Assembly: GCA_030390025.1 (NCBI GenBank)
Contig: CM059433.1
Span: forward strand, 12,836,001 to 12,900,000
Source of the DNA: Squalus acanthias
Taxonomy: Eukaryota
DNA: 64,000 nucleotides
Reading direction: 5' to 3'
Below are positions 13,330-26,010 of this stretch, piece by piece; position 1 is the first letter of the stretch; the number at the start of each line of letters is the position of its first letter. A program made the position numbers and the translations under genes. The notes beneath the pieces are model-generated. The model searched no databases and was not told the DNA's origin. It saw only the letters and a list, made by a program, of their open reading frames with translations.

Positions 13330-16300
13330 CAGTGATAAGACCATTAAAAAATACGTCTGCTAGGCACATCTGCACTTGTCTGTATAAATTTGTAGCATCT
13401 CGGGTAGGTTTAGCAGAGATTCAGTTTGAAGAATTTGAAGAAAAAGTGGCAAAGGTCATTTTGAAATATTTTAAGAACAAGATAAAATTGTGGAAAACAA
13501 ATATGTACCCAAAGTCAAAAGGAGGAAGTGTGGTGAGAAAAAGCCAAGGTGGCTGACTTGTTATGTACAAAGACAAATAAGATGTAAACAGAAATGTTTC
13601 TATAAATTAAAGGCATTTAATACTCAACTAAACAGAGTTGAGTACAAGGAACAACTAAAGAAAACAAAGGCTCCTATTAGATCAGCTAAAAGGCTCCTGG
13701 AAAAGCAAATCGTAGACAATTGTGGATTAATGGGAAAGCTTTTTCAGTTACGTGAAGAGTCAGAGGGGGAGAAATTCAGTATCGCCCCATTTGGGGCGCA
13801 ATTATCGGCCGGGCGCAAAGATTAGCGCCTGGCGCTAATTATCGCCACCGACTGCAAACTTGACTTTTACCGCCCCAGGAGGTGAGTGGAGCGCTAAATC
13901 AGGCGCTTCACACCTCTCTTAAGGCGCAAAGGCCGAGGAGCGAGGCGCTACCTCAGAGCGCTGGCGAAGCTCATGTAATGTCAGTCAGCAATGGAACACA
14001 CACACAATGGCACGGGCCAGTTCTTAAAGGGGATGGTTAATCTTGCTTTCCATCCACATCCTGCTCATTGCAGCCTTGAATCTTGGCCTGGAGAGACCTG
14101 CACATCAAATCTGCTGGAAAGAACAATGGAGAGTACCAGGCAAAGAGCTCAGAGTGCAGCCCCCAAAGTCTCTTCTAAATCAATACAAGGAATGGCAAAT
14201 CAAAATGAACCTGCAAAGTGCTGCTCAGTACCCAAAACTCCTTCACACAACGTTGAATCTCTCCAGAAGTCTCTCCCTCTCTCTCTCAGAATGCGTAGTT
14301 CAAAAATGGCACCATCAATAAAAGGCAGGAAACGGTCACCTTTAAATAGCGCTCCCCCTTTCCCTTCATGACTGCAGAACGCTCCCCTCAACCTGTCGTT
14401 GCTAGCGTCAGGCGGTAAGGCAGGGGGCGCCACTCAATATCCACTCCAGGGCGATACCGGGGCGTTGCGCACTCGACTGACGTCACGATTTGCTGGTGCA
14501 GGAGATCGTGGCGGTAGTGTTTAGCGCCGCCGCAAAATGTCTAGTAAATTTCGCGAGCGGCGCAAACTTCGCCGCGCCTGGGCGCCAGATGCTTTGCGCC
14601 CCATTAGCGCCCTCTTAAGGCGCTAATGGGAGGCGCAACCAACTGAATTTTTCCCCCAGAGAACTATCAAAGACTGTATTGGGCCACTGAAGAATGTTCA
14701 AGGACAGGTTACAAAGGACTCACTGGGTATGGCAGAAATATTAAATGAGTACTTTGCATCGGTCTTCACTCTTGAAGATGATGCTCAACTATTAGAATTT
14801 AATAATGTTACTAACAAAACTAGTAATATTAACATAGATGAACATATTATTTTAGATAAAATTAAGAACTAGATAATATAGAGCAGCCGGGCCAGATGAT
14901 ATCCACCCGAGGGTCCTCAGGGAGATGGGACATGTGCTGTGCAAACCCCTAGCCTGTATTTTTAATAGCTCAATGCACTCTGGAATGGTTCCTATAGACT
15001 GGAAGGCGGCTAATGTAGTCCCCATCTTTAAAAAAGGTGACAAGACAGACCCGGGTAACTATAGGCCCATTAGTTTAACATCAGTAATAGGCAAGATGCT
15101 TGAAGGAATCATTAGGGATGCAATATATGAATGCTTGGATAGAGAGGGACATATTAGGGACACCCAACATGGCTTCATAAAAAGGAGGTCATGTCTTACC
15201 AATCTAATTATATTTTTTGAAGAAGTTACAAAGTTGGTGGATGAGGGAAGCCCAGTAGACATCGGCTACTTAGATTTCCAAAAAGCTTTTGATAAGGTAC
15301 CGCACAAGAGGCTTCTCTATAAGATCGAACCCTTTGGTATTAGTGGTAATATATTGAGCTGGAATCAGAACTGGCTGGCAGGACAGTAGGCAAAAAGTAG
15401 TTATAGATGGACTTGGATCTGTTTGGCGACCGGTCACCAGTGGTGTCCTGCAGGGATCCGTGTTGGGACCGTTGCTCGTTACTATTTTTATTAATTATCT
15501 AGATGTAGGTGTTGGGGACACAATCTGCAAATTTGCAGATGGTACCAAGATCTGTGTGAGTGTTAGAACTGTAGATGATGCTCGTCTGCTTCAAGTAGAA
15601 CTTAATGTGTTGGGAGATTGGGCTCAAGACTGGAAAATGATGTATAACTTAGATAAGTGCAGTGTTATGCATGTGGGTAGGGCAAATGCTCAACATTCAT
15701 ACACCCTTCAGGGAAAGGCATTAAAGAAGGTGGAGATAGAAAGAGATTTGGGCATTCTAGTGCATACATCCTTAAAGGTACATGAGCAATGCCATGAAGC
15801 AATAGCTAAAGCAAATAGGGTGTTGGGGTGTATCCATAGGACAATTGAGTACAAGACGAGGCATACTGTTTTGTTCTTGTACAAGACCTTGGTCAGGCCA
15901 CACTTGGAATGCTGTGTCCAGTTTTGGTCTCCTCACACGGTGGGTGATATTGAGGCTTTGGAAAGGGTGCAGAGGAGGAGCCACTAGACTAATTCCCAGT
16001 CTCAATTCTTAGTTATCAAGATAGGCTAAAAGAGTTGGGACTCTACACTTTAGAGAAGCGTAGACTATGGGGGGATCTGATTGAGGTTTATAAGATGATG
16101 AAGGGAATAGATTGTGTTCTAGCTGACAGTTGATTTCAATTAAATATGTTAGGCAGGACCAGGGCTCACACATTTAAGTTGTATAAGGCTAGACCTAGGT
16201 TAGATGTCAGGAGGTGGTTCTTTTCCCAGAGAATAGGGACCTTTGGAACAGGCTGCCATCTCGTGTGGTGGACATGGACTCGCTGAATTCCTTCAAGTGA

Positions 16301-16610
16301 GAGCTGGATTTGTTTCTGGCTGGGGCAGAGAGCACCTCTTACAGAAGGTAGGTACTGCAGGGAATTCAGGGCCAGAGTGATCTCCTGGACTAGTTTCGAT
16401 CGCCTCGATGGGTCAGAGGGGAATTTCCCAGATTTTTTTCCCTAAATTGGCCTGGGTTTTTAATCTTTTTTTTGCCTCTCCCAGGATATCACATGGTTTC
16501 GGGTGGGGTGGAGTGTATATATTGTGATACAAAAGGTATCGCAATTGTGTGGAACAGCCTCGATGGATCAGATGGTCTTTACCTGTCTATCATTGTTCGT
16601 ATGTTCGTAA
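13330..16610 (+). mobile_element. Older CR1 LINE, interrupted by a MITE
   Basis: ORF2 fragments KPRWLT, GNYRPISLTS, DFQKAFDKV, CKFADGTK, LVRPHLECCVQFWSP; many stops and frameshifts; (TGTTCGTA)n-like tail near 16600. Confidence 0.88.
13765..14657. mobile_element. Harbinger-type MITE, 893 bp
   Basis: TIRs GGGGGAGAAATTCAGT...ACTGAATTTTTCCCCC; TSD AGA. Removing it restores the CR1 frame YVKSQRTIKDCIGPL. Confidence 0.88.
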
Positions 16611-17184
16611 GATCTTCCATTGCATTGCTCGCGGCTTGAGTGTGTGCTCGTGGAGCCAAGCGTGGGTGAATTGGGTCTGTGTGGAGGCCACCATTGAGGG
16701 TTAGGAGGTGGTTCCAAGTTGAGGTTTGGGTTGGGGAGATAATTAGAGTAATGTTTGCTTTCATCACTTGGAAACGGATCACCTGCCCATTTTGGAACCG
16801 TCCAATTATCATCATGTTGAAATCAATGGAAGTGAAGATCAGGTAGGTTTTATAACGGGTGATCCTCTCTCCCACTTTACCACCCAAGCGCTGAAGGTAA
16901 AAATGATCCCAATGTGTCGAGATGTTGATGTACAAAATAAAGAAAAATGAAATAAAAAGGAAGTTAAGCCTGCAGGTAGAATACCATTGGTGCAGGTGCA
17001 CGCATGGTAGTGGTGTGGGCTCCTAAAGTCAAGTCTGAGACTTTTGGAGACTCGGGTGTCTTTACCGCAGTACGCTCTACATGTAGTTGCAGCTCTGAGG
17101 CAGAAATCACTTAGCCAGTTTATTCTTTGAATCATAAGATAGTCTATTTTCAAAATTCACATTTAAAGCAACAGTGCTATCAAA

Positions 17185-17490
17185 AATAAAAAGTGAAAAT
17201 GCTGGAAACACTCAGCAGGTCAGGCAGCATCTGCGGAGAGAGAAACAGAGTTAACGTTTCGGGTCGATGACCCTTCGTCAGAACTGGAAAAAGTTGGAGA
17301 TGTAACAGGTTTGGAAGCAAGTGTAGGGGCAGGGAGAGGGGGGAGGGGAGGAAAGAACAAAAGGGAAGGTAAGAAACAAAAGGAGATGGTAATGGGACAA
17401 GTTAAGAAACAAAAGATGGCTCTAGGTGAAGTGTAAATAGCAATGGCAGAATGATCGACAGCTGCCATGTAAGAGAAAGAAAAAAAAAAT
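17185..17490 (-). mobile_element. Penelope pseudo-LTR remnant (family 1) containing an HHR
   Basis: Similar to 23720-24070 of the PLE at 24 kb. Confidence 0.8.
17249..17285 (-). ncRNA. Minimal type I hammerhead ribozyme motif
   Basis: AGTT-CTGACGA-A-GGGTC-ATC-GACCC-GAAA-CGTT-AACT on the minus strand. Confidence 0.8.
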
Positions 17491-18215
17491 TATTGGGGCA
17501 GAGCTTTCTCCTCAGTCTGGGCTTGGGTGGATCATCCTATTTTGTTGCAGTAATTTGATTGGGAGAAAGGTTTTTGCGGAAGGTGATTAGTGAATAACAA
17601 AATTTAAAAAAAACAATTAGAACAGGGAAAGATATTGAGACTTAGCAAATGAGGAAGAAGAAATTGACACACAGGGTAGATATTTTTTTCACCGCCTGGG
17701 CTTAAAACATTGCCTGGGTTGTATGCAGAGAGCAAAATGGAGTAGAAAGGATCTCACAGCAGCTTACAATGTGCAATCCTCCCCACCCACGTTTCCTCTC
17801 TGCAGTTTGTCAAGGCGATCCTTTATGTCTCGGCAATAAAGGCAAAGATCTACCCCATGGACTCACTGGTCTTCCCGTATCTTGCACCATTCCTAGGCCA
17901 AAAGATGGTCTATTTCCAGATCTTTGTCAATGACCAAAACTAGGAGGTACGCAAAGAGTGGCACAGGGTGACTTGCCATCCCTCCCTGCCTGGCCTTCAC
18001 TTGCTGCATCCTGAGAAGACTGGGGACTCGCCCTGTGGGCAGTGCTACCATTCTGTAGCACAGTGATACACTGAAGAGCTGCACGCCAGGCCACTAAACT
18101 GTATTCTGTATGTTAAATATGTGGTTTCAAGACCACAATTTTGCTTTGAACCTAGTGATCCTCCAATTTTCTAACCAGAAATTCTTAGGAGCTGAATGTT
18201 CACTATTTATGTTGA

Positions 18216-18575
18216 CCTTGAGTGATCATTATTCATCTCAACCCCGAGTGATCACTATTCATCTCAACCCTGAGTGATCATTATTCATCTCAACCCTGAG
18301 TGATCATTATTCATCTCAACCCTGAGTGATCACTATTCATCTCAACCCTGAGTGATCATTATTCATCTCAACCCTGAGTGATCATTATTCATCTCAACCC
18401 TGAGTGATCACTATTCATCTCAACCCTGAGTGATCACTATTCATCTCAACCCTGTGATCACTATTTATCTCAACCCCGAGTGATCACTATTTATCTCAAC
18501 CGTGAGTGATCATTATTCATCTCAACCCTGAGTGATCATTATTCATCTCAACCGTGAGTGATGACTATTTATCTT
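18216..18575. repeat. 26-bp minisatellite, ~13-14 copies
   Basis: Head-to-tail units of CCTGAGTGATCA(T/C)TATTCATCTCAAC with no spacers. Confidence 0.95.
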
Positions 18576-18783
18576 GTCATGCTGCCCATCATTATTTTTT
18601 TTAAATTGCAGATAAAATTTCCACAAAATTAGTTTGTACAGTCTGATTACTTTCATTGTGAAAATAATAAATTTATTATTCACACAGTTGGCAGCTAGAA
18701 AACCAAACACTCCTCTACATTACACAGCATATTCTCCAAGCAGCTCGCTTGGCCCCACATCGTCGAACATGAAAGCCTGATCA

Positions 18784-19343
18784 GGGAAATTGCTCTGCGC
18801 CACGTCGTGCCGCGGTATTGCAGGCCTTCCTGCCCTTCTTAAAGGGGAGGGGCCTTGCGCAGCGCAACCCAGGGCCCAGCTGGGCCACCGGGGATCGGCG
18901 TGCTAGCAAAAAAGCCCACTCAAGAGAAGTGCCGGGCTCCTGGAGCGCAGCCGGCACTCCGCAGGGGGGTCGGGTAAGGAGGCCGGGGACGGGAGCGCAG
19001 GCAGGTGCTGGCAGGCGGCCAGCAACAAAAATGGCCGCCCGGCACCTCGCCTTTAAATAGCGCTGCCCCGGCCGCAGGTAGGCTCCCCTGACCTCGTCGG
19101 ACATAACGTCCGGCGATAAGTCAGGGGGTGCTACTGAAGAATGCGGCCAGGGCACGAGCGGGGTGCTGCGCATGGCGATAACGTCATCGCCGGCGGCGCA
19201 GCGCCGCAGGGCGCTAATGGTTACCGCCGCCGCTAACCTCCCGCTGAATTTTGCTGAAGTTGGCGGTGCCGTGCCCGGGCGCTAGTTGCTTTGCACCCTG
19301 TTAGCGCCCTCTTAGGGGCGCAAAGCAGCCAAAGTTTTCCCCC
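18784..19343 (+). mobile_element. Internally deleted copy of the 7740 MITE family
   Basis: Colinear similarity to 7920-8470; ends aaagttttccccc. Confidence 0.78.
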
Positions 19344-19369
19344 ATTGAGTCTACAGCACAGAAAGGAAA

Positions 19370-19840
19370 AAAAGAAAGACTTGCATTTATATAGCACCTT
19401 TCACAACCTCTGGACGTCCCAAAGTGCTTTACAGCTGATGAAGTAGTTTTGAAGTGTAGTCACTGTTGTAATGTAGGAAACGCAGCAGCCAATTTGCGCA
19501 CAGCAAGCTCCCAGAAACAGCAATGTGATAATGACCAGATGATCTGTTTTTTTTCGTGATGTTGATTGAGAGATAAATATTGGCCAGGATACCGGGGATA
19601 ACTCTCCTGCTGTTTTTTGAAATAGTGCCATGGGATCCTTTACATGGGACCGCCAGCTGAGAGAGCAGAGGTTTAATGTCTCACCCGAAAGACGACACCT
19701 CTGACAGCGCGGCACTCCCTCAACACTGCACTGGGAGTGTCAGCCTAGCTTTAGGTGCTCAAGTCCCTGGAGTGGGGACTGTGAACCCACACCTGCTGAC
19801 TCAGAGGCGAGTGTGCTACCCACTGAGCCACGGTTGACAC
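19370..19840 (-). mobile_element. tRNA-derived DeuSINE (SacSINE1-like), near full length
   Basis: A/B-box head gtggctcagtgggtag...gggttcac, Deu-domain-like core (ctttcgggtgagacattaaacc...gatcccatggcactatt) and L2-like tail gtgctatataaatgcaagtctttc. Confidence 0.8.
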
Positions 19841-19841
19841 A

Positions 19842-20985
19842 GGCCATTCGGCCCATCGGGTCTATGCTGGCGTTTATGTTCTACATGAGCCTCCTCCCAT
19901 CCCTCTTCATCTAACCCTATCAGCATATCCTTCTACTTCTTTCTCCCTCATTTGCTTATCTAGCTTCCCCTTAAATGCATCTATGTTATTTACCTCAACT
20001 ACTCCTTCCGCATTCCAGATACTTAGTACTCTTTATGTAAAGAAGTTTCTCCTGAATTCCCTTTTGAATTTATTGGTGACTATCTTATATTTATGGCCCC
20101 TAGTTTTTGAATCCCCTACCAGTGGAAACATCTCTATATCTACCTCATCAAACCCCTTCATCATTTTAAAGACCTCTATCAGGTCACCTCTAGCCGTCTC
20201 TTTCCTAGAGAAAAGAGCCCCAGTCTGTCAGGGCTGGATTTTGTCTTGGGGTCAGGTTGGGGTTGTGTCATCCGCATTTCGTGTTATCCCCCCCTGACTC
20301 CAGATTAATGTGGATGAATGATGCAATTTTCACTTAATTGGGCAATTGAGTTTGAGCATGTGGGAACCCATGAACTAATTAGTGGTTTCAGTCTGAAAGT
20401 CGCCTCTGATGATGTCATCATTGCTGCTGCATTGCAGGTCAGAGACTGCCTGGCTGTTGGTGAGAGAGGACCTGGATGCAAAATGGGGAGAGAGAAAGAG
20501 AGAGAATTTTTTTTGCATCCAAGTCCTCTCACAGCAAGGCCATACAGTCTCTGAAGACATTCAATGCAGCAGCATCAGATGCGACTTTCTGACCTAATAC
20601 TATCTTCATCACATCTCCGTTGTAAAAGTAGACCTGCAGCTGATAGTCAGCTATCCACTTGTGCTCCCGCCAGGTTTCACTGGAGTGTTTCACATCAGGC
20701 GTACTTCACATCGGAAAAGGGTTAAACTAGCTAAAACGTTTCAAAATGGCATTACAGAGCCAATTTAGGGCTTGTTAAGGGCTTTAATGGCCTCTCCCAC
20801 CTCTTGGAGGCGGGACGGAGTCGGGAACCCCGCGACTGATTTTGTCAAAATTGCGTGGAGGCGGGATGGGGTCGGGACCCACTACCCCGCAACTTTTACC
20901 CCCCACACGCCTCCAAACCCGACTCCTCGGGTCATTGAAAATCCAGCCCTTAGTCTTTCCTGATAGTTATAACCTCTCAGTTCTG
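19842..20985 (-). mobile_element. CR1 3' fragment split by the MITE at 20231-20949
   Basis: CR1 3' UTR and C-terminal sequence continue on both sides of the MITE. Confidence 0.75.
20231..20949. mobile_element. Harbinger-type MITE, 719 bp
   Basis: Perfect 12-bp TIR GGGCTGGATTTT/AAAATCCAGCCC, identical to the right end of the 46957-49503 element; flanks TCA/TTA. Confidence 0.8.
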
Positions 20986-21814
20986 GTAAAGGGAGATAGT
21001 GAGAATTACAGGCATACACAGGGAGAGAGATATAGAGAGTGAGAGATTCACAGACACACATGGATAGAGAAGGAGAGAATCACAAACACAGGCACAGGGA
21101 AACCAAAAGAGAACCATAGGTACATACAGAGATAGAAAGGTGGAAAGATTGAACGACAGACACACACAAGAAAGAGAGAGGAAACCTGTGACACACTCAG
21201 ACAGAGACAGAAGTACATGTGCATATAGGAACAGAGTAAGAGAGAATTATAGACATACGCAAGAACAGAGAGAGAGAACCACAGGCACACAAGGTCAGTA
21301 AGTGAGAGTTATTTTATCAATTACTGTCTAGGATAGACTCGCTGTCTGAGAAAGCCATGCACAAAAGCAGGTTAGCAAAGCGGGTTTCCTCTACAGCTTC
21401 TGGATTCTGCTGCAATATATTAAGTGCCTGCACTCTGAAAAGGAGATTTGAAGAGCCGGCCAAATTTTAAAAATTAGGTTGAAAGTAATTCATGATTTTT
21501 TAATGGTCAACGAACTGCCAATGTTGGGTTTCACTGTGAAACAAATGGCTAAAGACAGAGGAGGGTTTTTTTTAGCCCAGCTAACTGCAATCACTACAGA
21601 TGACACTTCTAGCCTCGGCTAAGAACTCCCAAGTGTAGAGTATCTGAGACTTTCACACCATGGATATCATTGCTATCACTGGTTACTGACTCCTGGGGCG
21701 CGATCTTGCCAGCCCTGGGGAGGCGGGTATGGAGGCGGGACTGCCGGGAAAATGGCAGAATCTGGGGGCGGGTGCCCATCCCGCCCCCAACCCGCCTCCG
21801 TGCCATCTTCCCAG

Positions 21815-22198
21815 GAAGTGTAGTCACTGTTGTAATGTGGGAAACACGGCAACCAATTTGCACACAGCAAGCTCCCACAAACAGCAATGTGATAATGACC
21901 AGATAATCTGTTTTTTTAGTGTTTGAATGATAAATATTGGCCAGGACACCGGGGATAGCTCCCCTCCCCTTCTTCGAAATAGTGGCCATGGGATCTTTTA
22001 CATCCACCTGAGAGAGCAGACGGGGCCTCGGTTTAACGTCTCATCTGAAAGACAGCACCTCTGACAGCGCAGAACTCCCTCAGCACTGCACTGGAGTGTC
22101 AGCCTAGATTTTTGTGCTCAAGTCTCTGGAGTGGGACGTGAACCCACAACCTTCCGAGTCAGAGTCGAGAGTGATGCCCCCTGAGCCACGGCTGACCC
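21815..22198 (-). mobile_element. DeuSINE copy, 3'-truncated
   Basis: Same head and core as 19370-19840; abuts a GC-rich Harbinger-like end at ~21695-21812. Confidence 0.78.
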
Positions 22199-23814
22199 AG
22201 CTAAAGGTACACCTCTTATAGCTTCAAACCAAACAGAGGAATGTACACTTTTTTCATGTTCCCCTACCATAGGTATCTTAGACTGTACCTCTGATGCCAC
22301 TCATGTGCCTATTGCGCAATATTGGGTGGCCCAGAGACCAGCCTGGCCCAGAAAAAGGTAGATGAGGAAGAGGTCCATTTGTGGCAGTGGTGGTGCTGGG
22401 CAGCAGCTGAGGTTATTTTTGTGCAATGCAGAGGAGCACGCCACCTCCTCCTGGCCCCACAACAATAAATAAAATCTTAACTTTGGGCTCCTGTGTTGCT
22501 GGACCACCAGCTGAAACTGGGCAGTTCTGTCCTTAAATAGCAACCGGGGAATTATATGCGAAACAGGAGAGCGCCTAGAGGTAGGGCCCATTGAAAGTGG
22601 CGGCGGCTGGAGTGCCAACGTTACCGGGACAGTAAGCCATTTTCAGGCCGCTACCACCCAGTTTATGCCGGGGCGGCCCAAGTTAAAATCTAACTCTACA
22701 ATTCGAAAGTGCTTTTGTTGACTGTGAAGCGGTTTGGGGACATCCTGAGATCGTGAAAAGTTCTTTATAAACGCAAATTCTTTCTTTAATTTGCCGATTG
22801 TGCAAATGATGTGTGGCGCTGACAGAATTGCTGCACGTTAATGTTCCATTCCCAGGTCGGGCTTGAGATGTTTGTAGAGGCCATGAATCCTGGCCTGTGT
22901 AGAAAGGCCACCCACTCCAATGAAGAATGGAGCACATTGCAAGCTTACCCGCATAAGTGTCTCCACTATGCTGAAGGCAGTTGCTTTTCATGTAGCTAAT
23001 CTCACTCGTATATTCAAGGTTCAGGGTCTCCCAGGATTCGGTTGTAAAGAGTTAAGCAGGTGTTGCTGAAGCTCCCTACTTCCGACTGATGGAACCACCA
23101 TTAGATGAGATATGGTGTGTGTCCATGCTGTGGTGAGGTGGATGGTGGCAATGTACTCACAAGTTATATGGTGGGGTGGGCTGCTTATCATGCCGCTGGC
23201 GGGGAACTCCTGGTACCTGCTGTCCGCCTAAAGAGGACTCAAAACCTGCACCTGTCAGTTGTCCAATGAGTAATTCATGACTCCGCTGCTTGTAATCAGA
23301 GTCTCTTTGGGGCCGAGGTGCCATCAAATTGACATGCTTGGTGATGTACGATTCCCATCAAGTCAATCCTCTATGCGAGACTCAGTAATCTGATAGTAAA
23401 GCTAGGCAGAGCCACAGTACTCCAGGACACTTTGTAATTGAACAGGCAGTCTTCCTATTTAATGGGCCCGGGAGGAGTAGACCTGTCACTAGTAGCTGGG
23501 ATTCTTCGGTAGGTTTGTCTTGGGTGGACAAACAGCAGGAAGCACGTCCTCCATGCTGGTAAGCTGCACAATGTTAGTTGATTCTTTAGCTATACCCCTG
23601 CTTATAGCTGGGGCTCCCTCGGCCTTGGTTCTCTGGACTTGGGTAAGTGAAGTGAAGTGTGTCTCTATGGAGAGAAGTGTACACTCCGTAATGAGTAAAC
23701 AGAAAGTCTACCTCGACGATAGCAAAATACTGCGGATGCTGGAAATCCGAAATAACAACAGAAAACGCTGGAAAAACTCAGCAGGCCAGGCAGCATCCGT
23801 GGAGAGAGAAAGAG

Positions 23815-23851
23815 AGTTAACGTTTCAGATCGATGACCTTTCATCAGAACT
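23815..23851 (-). ncRNA. Minimal hammerhead ribozyme in the PLE pLTR
   Basis: AGTT-CTGATGA-A-AGGTC-ATC-GATCT-GAAA-CGTT-AACT (one G-U pair in stem II). Confidence 0.8.
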
Positions 23852-24120
23852 GGGAAGAGCCGGAAATCAAATAGATTTAAGGCCAGGGTAAAGCTGGGAA
23901 AAGGGGGAGGGGATAAAGGAACAAAGGGGGAGATGAAGAGACATTAAGAGACATTAAGAGATATGCAAGGCTAGAGGTGGTGTTAATGTGACAGATTAAG
24001 GCTGAATGAAGTGTGAAATCCACTGGCAGAATGAAGGACAGCTGCCAGCTTCTAGGAGGAAAAAAAAAGGTGGGGGGGGGGACAAATAAAAATAAAATAT
24101 AAATGTGATTGGAGCTGAGG

Positions 24121-26010
24121 TTATGATCTAAAATTGTTGAACTCGATATTGAGTCCAGAGGGCTGTAGCGTGCCTAAACGAAAGATGAGGTGCTGTTCCT
24201 CGAGCTTACGCTGAGCTTCCGTGGAACAGTGTAATAGGCCGAGGACGGTGAGGTCAGAGTGGGAGTGAAGCGGTGAATTAAAGTGACAGGCCACCGGGAG
24301 CTCGGGGTCCCCCTTACGGATTGAACGGAGGTGTTCCGCAAAGCGGTCACCCAATCTGCGTTTGGTCTCCCCAATGTAGAGGAGTCCACATCGTGAGCAG
24401 CGAATACAGTATACTAAATTGCAGGAAGTACAAGTAAATCGCTGTTTCACCTGGAAGGGGTGTTTGGGGCCCTGGACAGTGGGAAGGGGGGAGGTATAAG
24501 GGCATGTGTTGCATCTCCTGCGCGTGCACGGGAAGGTGCCGGGCGAAGGGGAAGGGGTGCTGGGGGTGGTAGAGGAGTGGACTAGGGTGTCGCGGAGGGA
24601 GCGGTCCCTACGGAATGCTGAAAGGGGAGGTGAGGGGAAGATGTGTTTGGTGGTGGGATCACGCTGGAGGTGGCGGAAATGGCGGAGGATGATCCGTTGA
24701 ATGTGGAGGCTGGTGGGGTGAAAGGTGAGGACAAGGGGAACCCTATCGTGGTTCCGTGAGGGAGGGGCAGGGGTGAGGGCAGAAGTGCGGGAGATAGAAC
24801 GGACACGGTCGAGGGCCGTGTCGACCACGGTAGAGGGGAATCCTCGGTTGAGGAAAAAGGAAGACATGTCAGAAGCACTGGTATGGAAGGTGGCATCATC
24901 AGAGCAGATGCGGCGGAGACGGAGAAACTGGGAGAATGGAATAGAGTCCTTACAGGAGGCGGGGTGGGAGGAAGTGTAGTCCAGGTAGCTGTGGGAGTCA
25001 GTGGGCTTGTAGTGAATGTTAGTCAATAACCTATCCCCAGAGATGGAGATGGAGAAGTCGAGGAAGGGAAGGGAAGAGTCGGAGATGGACCATGTGAAGG
25101 TGAGGGAAGGGTGGAAATTGGAAGCATAGTGAATGAAATGTTCTAGTTCAGGGCGAGAGCAGGAGACGGCACCGATACAGTCATCAATGTACCGGAAAAA
25201 GAGGTGAGGGAGGGGACCCGAGTAGGACTGGAACAAAGAGTGTTCCACATATCCCATGAAAAGGCAGGCATAGCTAGGACCCATGCGGGTACCCATAGCA
25301 ACACCTTTAATTTGGAGGAAATGGGTAGAGTCAAAGGAGAAGTTGTTCAATGTGAGAACAAGTTCAGCCAGGCGGAGGAGGGTGGTGGTGGATGGGGACT
25401 GGTTGGGCATCTGTTCAAGGAAGAAGCGGAGCGCCCTCAGGCCATCCTGGTGGGGAATGGAGGTGTAGAGGGATTGTACGTCCATAGTGAAGAGGAGACG
25501 GTTGGGGCTGGGAAACTGGAAACTGTTAAAATGGCGGAGGGCATCGGAAGAGTCGCGGATGTAGGTGGGAAGAGACTGGACAAGGGGAGAAAAAATAGAG
25601 TCGAGATAGGAAGAGATAAGTTCCGTGGGGCAAGAACAGGCTGAAACGATGGGTCTACCGGGGCAGCCCTGTTTGTGGATCTTGGGAAGGAGGTAGAAGC
25701 GGGCTGTGCGGGGTTGGGGAACTATGAGGTTGGCGGCCGTGGGGGGAAGATCTCCAGAGGAGATGAGGTCAGTGACAGTCTTGGACACGGTGGCTTGATG
25801 TTCGGTAGTGGGGTCATGGTCCAGGTGGAGGTAGGAGGAGGTGTCAGAGAGTTGGCGTTCAACTTCCGCTAGGTAGAGGTCGGTTCGCCAAACAACAACA
25901 GCGCCACCCTTGTCAGCAGGTTTAATGACAATGTCAGGGTTGGATCGGAGAGAATGGAGTGCTGCAAGTTCAGAGGGAGGTAGGTTGGAGTGAGTGAGGG
26001 GAGCAGAGAA
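24121..26010 (-). CDS. PLE reverse transcriptase + GIY-YIG endonuclease (N-terminus missing)
   Basis: ORF 24121..26082; the first ~23 aa derive from flanking DNA beyond the TSD. Confidence 0.85.
   Translation of the reverse strand, partial: FSAPLTHSNLPPSELAALHSLRSNPDIVIKPADKGGAVVVWRTDLYLAEVERQLSDTSSYLHLDHDPTTEHQATVSKTVTDLISSGDLPPTAANLIVPQPRTARFYLLPKIHKQGCPGRPIVSACSCPTELISSYLDSIFSPLVQSLPTYIRDSSDALRHFNSFQFPSPNRLLFTMDVQSLYTSIPHQDGLRALRFFLEQMPNQSPSTTTLLRLAELVLTLNNFSFDSTHFLQIKGVAMGTRMGPSYACLFMGYVEHSLFQSYSGPLPHLFFRYIDDCIGAVSCSRPELEHFIHYASNFHPSLTFTWSISDSSLPFLDFSISISGDRLLTNIHYKPTDSHSYLDYTSSHPASCKDSIPFSQFLRLRRICSDDATFHTSASDMSSFFLNRGFPSTVVDTALDRVRSISRTSALTPAPPSRNHDRVPLVLTFHPTSLHIQRIILRHFRHLQRDPTTKHIFPSPPLSAFRRDRSLRDTLVHSSTTPSTPSPSPGTFPCTRRRCNTCPYTSPLPTVQGPKHPFQVKQRFTCTSCNLVYCIRCSRCGLLYIGETKRRLGDRFAEHLRSIRKGDPELPVACHFNSPLHSHSDLTVLGLLHCSTEAQRKLEEQHLIFRLGTLQPSGLNIEFNNFRS

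Noticed and set aside
18216..18575. CRISPR-like array
   Set aside because: Units abut with no unique spacers; eukaryotic context and no cas genes.
20990..21300. GA/CA-rich ORFs
   Set aside because: Degenerate low-complexity microsatellite.
22130..22198. tRNA gene
   Set aside because: It is the tRNA-derived head of a SINE and continues into the Deu core.
22790..23700. Possible decayed coding sequence of another retroelement (also 26020-26410 and 7000-7600)
   Set aside because: No motif I could confidently recognise; needs a translated HMM search.
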